The position numbers were made by a program, and so were the translations under genes. Shown in pieces: positions 11,235-21,500 of a stretch of 64,000 nt of DNA. The notes below the pieces were generated by a model that saw only the letters and a program-made list of their open reading frames with translations, was not told the DNA's origin and ran no database searches. The stretch's first letter is position 1, and each line of letters starts with the position of its first letter. Location: contig ADNK01001003.1 in NCBI GenBank assembly GCA_000320545.1, forward strand, positions 1 through 64,000, in the 5' to 3' direction. The DNA comes from Bigelowiella natans CCMP2755 (Eukaryota; Protista; Cercozoa).

Positions 11235-12591
11235 CCATAGAGTTGAGGAATTTTTGTATGACTATCCCATGTTCCGCGCTTATCACCAAATATGAGGTAT
11301 AAAAGAGTGCACTTGAAATCATTGCAAATATAGTCCAGCACACATTTCTTACAGCCTGTTCTCTGAATAACAAACTTGATTATAATAGCAACTCCCTACA
11401 ACTCCAACCGTGTTTTGCAACTTACTTTGCCTTCCCCGCAATATGTAGTAACGGCGTGACGAGAAGGTAAGCGCATGCGAAGTTGATCCCACTATCGTAC
11501 ATCAGAGCAAAGACGACAGATAGTTGCCAAGTGTATCCGATCTTGCTTACACATATCACGCTACCTGTAATAGTACAACAAATGACTACTGAGAAACCAA
11601 TCTTTGAGGGAAAGAATCTCTAGCGAGAAATATGCATTTAACATGCATGCATGCGAAGTACCGTGGAAATCAATCAGCTCAACTTTAACTGGAAGCCCGA
11701 GTAGAATCGTGAGAGGAGCATACAACAACCCATAAGAATGTATGATCTGTGATAGATATAGCTTAAGGTCATAGATTAAAATCGGCGCATAGGAGATTGA
11801 GACAAAATCAGAAATGGGGGCTAAAATAAAAATATCATTGAGGGAAAAAGAGAAGAGTAGAGATACCCTCCAGATCCATTTACTGCGAACGGAATATTCT
11901 TTCATGATGTCGAACATTTGCGACTGATTTTTTAACAAGCAATTTCTCGTTATTCACGGTTGTCACAATTTGTAGAGATCAGCCTGCGTAAACTCAAACC
12001 TCAGAACCTGACGATTCGACCCAAAAATCATAAATTACCCTACTTTCTCTCACTTTCCCGATTTTCAAACCTTTGAATAAAGGGCTCTATATAACAGCCA
12101 TTTCAGAGGTAAATAACCGATCTTTCCCACATTCGCCACCAACCTAAGATGCAAGTATGCATACTGTTGGAAGTAGATTGTAACAAGCAGGATAACAAAG
12201 TTTTTATGCTGCCGAAGAGAATTTTAGACGAATTTCGAATGATTCTACCAGCATTTTGCAGTGTCTTGATTTACGTCCACCGTCAAGTGTAAAGTGTGAA
12301 TAGTAACACCACAGATCAAAGTAGCGAAGTCAAACACCAGTATGTCCCTAGTTAAGCTCTGCACTTCCTTTTCTCCAAGCTTGTTTGTTCTCTTCGGTTT
12401 TTTCTCATATGCTTTTGTGACATGGCTTGTACAAAATATGGACAAAATAATGCCGAACACAATGCTGTTGACTAGGTCAGAAAGGTAGGTGTCTCTTGTG
12501 AGAAATCTGATCAATTTCAGAGTATGGCAACAAATTAAAATCAGCGTATGTAATTTAGAAATATATATAGATCTGCATACCAATATATACA

Positions 12592-12634
<43 letters not shown>

Positions 12635-12713
12635 CTTTACCCCATAACGCACGGTTAAAGAGGTCCCTTTCAATGTGCCTCCTACTATCCAAATGATGAG
12701 TGTGAGTCGCCAT
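10074..12713 (-). CDS. Multi-exon seven-transmembrane (GPCR-like) protein
   Basis: The last five exons splice in frame at GT-AG sites: ...LIDFHG|SVICVSK...IAGKAN|LLFREQAVRN...NSMG|LWDMLANTIALNLCWP|ISYYIK...ENSF*. Seven hydrophobic segments can be counted. The 5' exon boundaries and start codon are approximate. Confidence 0.68.
10753..10811. repeat. Compound (TA)n(TG)n microsatellite, intronic
   Basis: Directly visible. Further (TA)n tracts lie at ~11193-11231 and ~12596-12631. Confidence 0.95.
11054..11136. repeat. Compound (TA)n-(GC)n-(GT)n microsatellite, 83 bp of unbroken purine/pyrimidine alternation
   Basis: Directly visible, inside an intron of the 7TM gene. Confidence 0.95.
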
Positions 12714-13239
12714 CACAAAGAGATAGGCACCAGTTACACATGCGAGCACCAGTTACACAGGCACCAGTTACTTACACATGCGAAAAGCAACAGGACAGAT
12801 GATTGATTGACGAGTGACATCAATTTACTTTTTCGGTGAAATCACCAGAAATGGGCCAGAAAACAAGCCAGAAATCCAGGAAATCAAGTTAATTGCAGTC
12901 TAGATCTACCTTCGGTGAAATCGCCAGAAATAGATCTTCGAGCATCACTTGCAATCTGCTGGTACACAGAGCAGATCTAGATCTAATTCGGGAGCGTCGG
13001 ATTTTTACCGTTTTTGGACAAGCGGAGGGCATTTTCATGCAACGTCCTAGTGGGTTGTATTTCTGCAGCGCGCGTGTCGCTCAATGCCGAACAGCCACGA
13101 TTTGGGCAACATCATACTAAAAATGGCGCCCAGAAACTAGCCCCATTTCTCGCTGAGGTGTGCGGACACAGGAGAAAACATGGATAAATCCCCTGCATTT
13201 TAGACGGACGATTCAGAAACCACATTGCCGACTGTGAAC

Positions 13240-14634
13240 ATGTTGTCCAAGGGCATGGGGGTGGGGCTAAATCGAGTCGCCCTCATTCTCGCCGCAACGG
13301 TCGTCACCGCATCGTTCCCGATGCCAGAAAGAACGACTGCGAACCAAGGTGCGACCTTGCGTGTCAAAGGAGCTATTGCTCAAAATCTTAGCATTGCAGC
13401 AGAGGGAAAGGTAAAGGAGTTTCTCTCTTCAGAGGAGATGAATGAAGTCTTCCAGAGATGCTGCCCTCTCATGGTCCCCCTCAACGGGGAAGAGAGGCTA
13501 GCAGTCCTTCACACTCTCGTTATGGGAAGCGAGCTTGTTCACAACTTCCCTAGCGTTGACGGGACTGGCAACTTTTTCAAGGACTTGACCATCAAGTTGG
13601 CAATGGAATATCCTTGGTTCTTGAATGAGTGGCAAGCGCTTCTCATACTCAACGGCACCACCGGCTCCAAAGACGCAAAAAATACTTCAAATCGTGTCTA
13701 TGTCGATGCAGAAGTTTCGATTTACGGGTGCAAAGCCTTTGCGAAGGAGCAGCATCCCACATGGGAAGAGGCATCTGACAGGCTACTCTACGTGGCGCAC
13801 AACATGCGACAGATTGACACGGGAAACAACGTCTTCTTCGGCAACGTCTCGGCCGTTTTCCGAACTAGCAAGGTGAAAGACAATGTTCTCATCGCCCCTA
13901 TTGACACAGGCATCTATGAAGGAAGTTGTAACAACTCGTATGGGCCAAACCTACCCATCGACTGTGATGCATGGAAAGATGACCCCATCGGCACCTTGGA
14001 GTTCTCAGACCACCTTTTCCTAGAAAATCTCCAAATATGGGCGAAGGCACGTAACTATACCATGGTGCAGGAAGCTGAAGCCCTTTTCACACGATCTGCG
14101 ATCTCAAAATATAGCTACTCATCCTTGCCGAACGTCACCAGCAAAGACGTCATCCGTTACTATGAGTCTAATATCGTGGGCAATCCACCCTTCCCAGAAA
14201 GTGTCAAGTTTTTGATAGGTTACTTCCCGTATTTGTTCGGAACGCAGGACGGGCTCAACCTACAGAAGCTTGCTGACAGATATAACTGGCCTTTGGTCTG
14301 GGCGCTGGGTGTCTACCCAACCAGCCACCACATTTCGCCAGCATACGGCGCAAATGAGCGAGTGCTCGACCCAACCGCAAAAGCTTCCTCCAGCCTCAAT
14401 ATTACCATTTCCAAAAAAATGTCTGCATCTTTCGAAGAGCTGTGGGGGAAGGCGGCCGCAGTTCGCAAGAGCACGGCTCACAAATTGCCTCCCCAAACGA
14501 CTATTGAAGGTTGGTGGTCTGAATTGATGCAGACAGAGCAAGTGCGAATCGGGCCGGCGTCACCATTTTCCTGTCGTGCGCTAGATGAATGTATTGGTGT
14601 ATCACTCTCATCGAATGACTGTATTTGCCTTTAA
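13240..14634 (+). CDS. Intronless secreted protein (~464 aa) with DUF3626/ART-like motifs
   Basis: Long ORF with a signal-like segment VALILAATVVTASFP, many N-x-S/T sequons and several Cys. Motifs LVHNFP, AEVSIYG, RLLYVAHN, FFGNVSAVF, APIDTG and YYESNIVG. The family assignment is inference. Confidence 0.8.
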   Translation: MLSKGMGVGLNRVALILAATVVTASFPMPERTTANQGATLRVKGAIAQNLSIAAEGKVKEFLSSEEMNEVFQRCCPLMVPLNGEERLAVLHTLVMGSELVHNFPSVDGTGNFFKDLTIKLAMEYPWFLNEWQALLILNGTTGSKDAKNTSNRVYVDAEVSIYGCKAFAKEQHPTWEEASDRLLYVAHNMRQIDTGNNVFFGNVSAVFRTSKVKDNVLIAPIDTGIYEGSCNNSYGPNLPIDCDAWKDDPIGTLEFSDHLFLENLQIWAKARNYTMVQEAEALFTRSAISKYSYSSLPNVTSKDVIRYYESNIVGNPPFPESVKFLIGYFPYLFGTQDGLNLQKLADRYNWPLVWALGVYPTSHHISPAYGANERVLDPTAKASSSLNITISKKMSASFEELWGKAAAVRKSTAHKLPPQTTIEGWWSELMQTEQVRIGPASPFSCRALDECIGVSLSSNDCICL

Positions 14635-15192
14635 CTATCTTAAGCTATTTGAAGAGCTGATTTCATGCGTGGCATGTCCGAACTATCCTATGTTTGGTGA
14701 CCCGACGTGGTCAGCTGTTGCGTAGCTTATAACACAATGATTGAATTTATTGTAATGAAAGACTCAGTTGACGTTATCCTTGAGCTCATACTTACTCCAT
14801 TGAGCCTGCATGCCGATCATGCACACGGACCAATAGATGCCACCTTTGCTCACCCCGAATACGCATACATGCATCTGATGCACCTGTCGCTGTACAATTG
14901 TACCACTACAATACACTCTAGCACTAACAATACACAAACAACTAGATGGCTAGCTTCATGTTGATCTTACTAGCCAACGTGTGCTGCAAAGGATGGTACG
15001 ATGTACAATGTGTGCACAGTAGTTGCCGCCATTGAAAGATCTGGAGATGCCAATAGAAGCTAGCTATGCAGCCACATGCATGGCCGAATAGATGACTACA
15101 AATTAAATTGCATCTCTCATGACACATGTTGATAGTTCCGTGCAAGAGTTCGCCGTTTCTTGCACTGGCAATGCTCAATTTGCAACACAATG

Positions 15193-15272
15193 TGAGACGG
15201 ATGTAATCAATCAAATTAAATTTGTTCAATGGTTATCCTCATGTAGCTGTGAAATGCAGCGGCTACAGCGCT
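15193..15272 (-). mobile_element. LINE-like 3'-end remnant, copy 2
   Basis: tgagacggatgtaat...gttatcctcatgtagctgtgaaatgcagcggctacagcgct is nearly identical to 35040-35120. Confidence 0.6.
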
Positions 15273-15568
15273 AACACAATGTGTGTTCTTGACAGATGCA
15301 AGATATACGACGTATTTAAAAGCAGTCATAAATGTATTTGTTATCACTACTGAACACGCCAACGAATGCAGGCATCGCATAGCACCTGTGCACCTAATAA
15401 CATCTATTAGTGCTGGTCATTGTTGGCCTAGCTAATTTAAAACCATGCTAGCATGTTTAAAACAAAACTACAAGGATAGAGAGTAGCGCGCAGATAGATG
15501 TGCATCACATCTCTGGTACTCTCCCACAACGGTTTGGGACGCAACACAGTTCATCGAGAATAAAAACT

Positions 15569-18500
15569 TCATATTCTCTTGGTGCTGAGCTTCATCTTCG
15601 ACACAGAAATTGTCCGATGTGTTTTACCAGAGACTCGGCTGCTGGCAACGGAAACCCTTGATTTCGAGCCACTAGACAAGGCTTCCTTTGGATCACCTTC
15701 ACCCCCCTTTCCTACTCTGTGTAGTGCTGAAAGTGACATTGCCGATATATGAAACTTGGGGTTATCGTCGCTGTTAGTCTTCCTCCTATGCTTGATGTCC
15801 TCGCCTCCTCGAAACTGGTCATCACCACTCTCTTCCCCGCTAGTTGCCCAGCTATTTCCACGTTGTTGTTGCTGCTGCTGCTGCTCCTCCTCCTCCTGCT
15901 GCTGCTTCTGTTCTCCCCCCTTGGTAGGCACAACTGCGGCACTCGTTTTGCTAATAGCAGGCTGGGCCATGTGCGAACCGCCACGCGACGGAGATTGAGG
16001 TGACCCGTGTGGGGCAAAACTTGCCCTCACGTGCTGCATGGGCGCAACAAGCCTCATCATCGAGTCAGGGCGCTGCTGCTGCTGCTGCTGCTTTCGCTGG
16101 TGTCCCACGTCGTGTGGTTCTACCCGTGGATGAAGGGTGAATTGGGTGTCCATGCGAGTCGGTGGTGAGACAACCTCCGCTGCTCTCTCCCCATCGTCTC
16201 TTCCGCTGTGACCTCTAGCAGCTACCAGGGGGGGCGGCAGCTTGGTTTGCTGCTCGTTGCCTGGGGGAGACACAGCGATGGTTGCGTCAGGGAAGGTCAT
16301 CGCTGATATCTTAAGGTCTTGGAGAGCAGGGGGAGGGAAACCTGTCCCACTATGCCTAAGGGACGGCGAGATCGGCATCATCCGCCCCTTCGGAGGGAGG
16401 TCGTTGTCAGCGAAGACAAGATCTCCAGGGCAGCTGTGACTACCGGGTTTGTCAAGATTACCATAGTTGTTCTTATCAGGTGCGTCAGATGCTGTTGTTG
16501 CCGTTGTCTCCGACTCACTGAAGATCTTGGAGATCCTGCCGCTTCCCCGGCTACGTGACGACCCATATTTGCTCCTTCCTTTGATGCCGCCGAGTTGCCC
16601 CCCCCCCCGGGAGATGCCAAACTCTTCCAAGTCCCGCCTGAGTCGGGAGTCGGGTGAATCGATCTCAGCCCCGACCCCTCGCTGCTGCTCCACCTCCTCA
16701 AACGTCGGATCCAGCCGGAACTCGATCCTGATGATCGGGGCCACGCGGTGAGAGAATTGGATGAGGCGGTTGATGTCATCGTCCGTGTTGATGCTGTTCC
16801 CGTCGATGGAGACGATCCTCCATCCCTCGCGCACCTTGCCGTCGGCTTGCGACCTGGGCATCACTCTCGTCACTATCTTGTCTAGGTACTCGATGCCTAT
16901 CGTTCCCGGCCGGAATCCAACCTCCCTCTTGATCTCGCGCACCCCCGTCCTCTCCTCGCTCTCCTCATCGGCCCACCCAAAGATATGCGGCCTTTTCCCT
17001 CCGCACGGTGCGTACACCAGCGCCGTGGCGAGGGTGAGCATGGCTGCGCGAATCATGATGTCAAACACCAGTGCCAAGACCACAATGCCGACCCAGCGAA
17101 AGCTCCCAAAGGATCCCACGTCGCCGATGACATCGTTCCTGCCCTCCTCCGTTGAAGCTAGAGCAACTAAGAGAACCCACAAGGCTACGCACACCGCCCA
17201 GCACACTACGACTGCTACCGTGTCGCGAATCGTGCACCGTCGTCGCGACGGCTCGATGCTGTCCTCCTCATCGCCGCCTCCCTTTCCGTCATACGGCCTG
17301 CCTTCGAGTTCCGCGCGCAACAAGTCGATTTTATATAACGGATCCAGATCCATCGTGTGGCTGCTGGCGTCGTCCTTCCGCCCCCTCTTCCTCTTCTTCC
17401 TCCTCCTCCTCCTTTCCTTCTTTTGCTTCCTCCGGATCTTCTCCACCCGAGACTCGATCTCTGTCATCTTGTCGTCGTTGAACCTGACCTGGAAGGACTT
17501 CTTGTCCGTGTTCAGGGTCTCGATCCCGGTCGCGTTCTCGAGGTCCAGCACCGAGCGCAGGTGGTCATGGTCGTTCTCGTTGTAGCTCTTCTCGTCCTCC
17601 TCCAGCTTCCGCACGCAGTTGACGGACTTGATGGAGACCCTGCGCCCTCTCCCCTGCGCGTGCGAGCGGCTGCCACTCTTCGTCCCGCCCCGCTCCTCGT
17701 CCCGGTCGGCAGCAAAACGGTTAGGACCGAACATGTTGTCGAGGGTAGTAGTAGCGCTGTTCTCCTCTGGCTGCTGTCGCCGCTGTTGCGAGGGATTGTT
17801 GTTGTCTTCTCGATGCGCCTGCTGCTGTGGAAAGCGACTACTATAAGATCCGAAAAGACTGCCTCTCCTCGTCCGGCTCCTCCCCCCACCCCCCTTGGTT
17901 TCTACGCTGAGTCTCCGGGTCTCCACGCTGCCTCTTCGCGCCACAAGGCTGTCTCTTCTACTGCTAGGGGCACCACTTGCTCGGGAGTCCAGGCTCTCCC
18001 TGTGCCTTGCAGGTGCCTCTTCACGTTTGTTTCGAACGGCAGGGGGGGCTAGACGATCCTTGTTGCTATCAATGCTGCCCCGTCGTCTCCCAATGTCATC
18101 CTGTTGGGAGAGTGGAGGGCCTAGCGATAGATGCTTTGTATCGTCCTGCGGTTGTCCTGCAGATTCGCCCCCTCCCCCTCCTACTTCTCCTCGTCCCGTT
18201 GCTGCGCCATCATGGCCAGGGTCACCACCTGTGTTCCAGCTTGACTCCCTCTTCTCGTTTTCGTACTGCTGCTGCTGTTCTTGCTTGTGAGGATACTTGG
18301 AAGAGAGGTTGTCGTCACTGTTGTAATAGTTTCCAATATCGTCGTCTTCTTCCCTATCCTCCTCCTCCTCCTCCTCCTCCTCCTCCTCCTCAGATGGTTG
18401 AAGCACGTGGCCCGGCGCCATCGTCGTGACAAGCAGGATGATCTGAATGCAGCAGCTGATACCACCACCGTCCTCGAGGCTGATCGCATACTGCTCCGGA

Positions 18501-21500
18501 ACCACTCGAACGAACATCAGGGAGAACAGATATGGAATCGGGAGGCAGAGGGCTGCCGTCAGCACCGCCACGCTAGCCGCATCCTCCACGGTGCTCATCA
18601 CCAGCAGCGCACAGCAAATGGTAGCAGCGGCGAAGATGAGGACGAACAAGATCGTGATTCGCTTGAAGGAATTGAGGTAGTCGCCGTGGTGGCGCGAGCA
18701 GACCGAGATCCAGCTGTGGGAGCGCCTCAGGCCCCAGCCCGTCATCTCCATGCAGAGCTCCGACCCCCGCTCCCCCTCCCTCAGCGAGAGGAGCACGTTG
18801 TTCGACTTCCTCCAGAACCGCGGCACCCACTTGCTGTACATGCGGCCCATCCGCCGTTCATCGTGCCAGTGAGCGAGGAGCGAGAACACCACGTAGGCGA
18901 CCAGCATTACGAAGCAGAAGAGCATCGTGGGCCGGGAGATAATCAGCAGGAACGTTGAGGCTGCGCTCGCCTCGCTGTCCACGTCCTCCACGTCGCCGGG
19001 CGGCGACACGGCCACCAGCTCAACCGTGAACGTCGTGAAGTGCGACGTCTCGCAGGTGACGAAGAGGCTGTTTTCAAAGTCGTCTCCCGGAACCCTGGAC
19101 TGCAGGCCCTCAACGCTCCAGAGGCGTTGCTCCTCCACCCAGAAATTGCACGAGGGAGCTGTGAACATGCCTAACGGCTGCAGTATGGGCAGAGAGACAT
19201 TTGAGGGCACGCTGAGCCCGTTGATATTGAGGGTCCCACCCCCTTGAATCAGCTGCACGATTGTGGACCCTGTCCAGTTGCCAACAGGGACGGGGTAGAG
19301 CGTCGATGCATCAACATAGCCTAAGATTACATCCACTGGCCCGCTGACTGCGGAGATGTTTGCGCTCCTCGAGATCCCAACAGAGGCGCCGTTAGAGGCT
19401 CGAATCGTCGCGCCGGGAACCTGCTTAGGCAGCAGCCGCTGGAATGCCACGTTTATGACGGGGGTGTTGAACCGCAGCGGGGGCTCTCCAATCACGCTTC
19501 CATCGAGAATTCTAGAGCCGAACTTCGAGATGAGCTCCTCGATAAAAGCAGCCTCCCGTACCGACTGCTCGAAGGTCGCGCTCGTGTCGCTGTTCGCCGA
19601 TTCTGCGATGTTGCCGATGGATCGAAGGTACGCCCTAGCGATCTCCGCTGCGAACGTATTTAACCGGCTGGTGGTGGAGTTGAGGGCGACTTGGAGCCCG
19701 ATGCCTCTGGTTTCCAAAGAAAGCTCTTCCGTGAAGAGGAAAGAGGTAGCCGCCTCTAGAAGGCCAAGGGGCTGTAGTACCGCGAAATCCTCGGTGTCTG
19801 GCATCGCATTTTGCGTGTAGTTCCAAAGTGATCGTTGAAGCCGCGCGACGTTCAGGACCCGGAGCGTATCATTCACGGCAGCGTCTCCTATGCGTAGCCA
19901 CGACGCTAGTCCGACAAAGTAGACAGAGTAAGCTCCCGGACTGCTTCGTGGCAGTCTCTCCAGAGTCATGAAGGTTGCGTTTAGGTCGAGGGCCCGCGGC
20001 GCGACGCTCACAGAGAAGTCAAAAGAACTCCTCGCCCCAAGAATATCCACTATCCTAGCCTCAATCAGTACCGGGGAGCCGTCACGGTTGCTCGGCAGCT
20101 GTGTCTCACAAGTGGGAGAGTTTGAAAGTTCGCAAATTGGCACGACTGCCGCCTTTCCGTCGGTGCTACGCGTGCCTTTACCGGCTCCTTGCTCAACATA
20201 AAACGAGTATCTTAACGGCAGATTGACGTCGATCCATCCTAGAGGATGAGGGGGAGAAGAACGAAGAAACAGAAACAACGGTAATAGTATCAGCACCAAC
20301 AGCAGTAGTAGCAGCAGTGATGAACTAACAATAGGTCGCTGCTATCATTTTCTTCATCATCACCACCACCAAGTCACACCATAGCGTGAGTAGTATCTAA
20401 AGGGACAAGCAAGGCGAGCAAATGACATCGTTGATGATAAAATGTACGGGACTCTCCTGTCCTCTTGCAGCAATAAAACCCCTCTCTCTCTCTCACCCGC
20501 CCCCTCTAGTAGAAGAAAACCGTGCAGCAGCAGGAGTTGCATCAACGACGCCTACACACATACATGGAGGGAAGCATGCGTGGTTACCTGTGCACGAGAG
20601 GGAGAAGATGGTTTCCAGAGCAATGCCCGATGTAACTCCATCCGAAAAGCAACTTCCGCCACCAGGGGGGGCGTTGGTGAAAAACTGGATTTCAGTGATC
20701 GAGCCTGTAGTGAGAGTAGGAACAAACAGTAATCAAGATGGTGGAGGAGAAGTCAATCGAGTAATAATACGCTCGAGGAGCATTCGCTGGGTGTAGGAGA
20801 AATCGCGTGCGTGATTGCACACTTGAGGGCGATTCTAGAGGACATCTCATATGTTAGATATTCTCTCCGCTGCTGCTAGTTGTCGTTGTCGTAGTCGTCA
20901 CCATCATTAATATTCTGCAAGCTATCCGAACATTCATGTGGTACTGCACGCACCAAACCAACAGCAGTGACGAATGGTGACAACGACGACGACTACGACG
21001 ACGAGGAAGACATCGTTACGACCTGCATCAACACCGTCCTGAATTGTCACGGCAAAGGTAATCGATCGATCGATGGGAAGGGCGTTCTCTGCGATGACCA
21101 AAGATGGCGCTGTGATGGGAGTGAGCACGGCTGTGTTTGTCTCCAGATTCAGCGCTCCGGAGGGGTTGCTCCATCGGTACGTTATCTGATGGTCGTGGTG
21201 GTGGTAGTGCATGCGAATTGATAGAATTATGATTCAAGTCAACCATGATGCTACAGATGGCGAATGTTGTCACCGTTGTGCACGGGGCATCAGCATCCTC
21301 CTCCTCCTCATCATCATTATTATTCTTATCCCCTCACTGCCACCACTTTTGCACATCACTATCACCATCTCGCGTGAGGCGGAGGCCGTTTCAACGAATC
21401 GCCGTGATCACCACGTCCTACAATTACATCTGTTATTCTTACTGCTATTACTACTACTACCTCATCGGATTCGCCAGGCGTAACCGCTGTTGCACACCTG

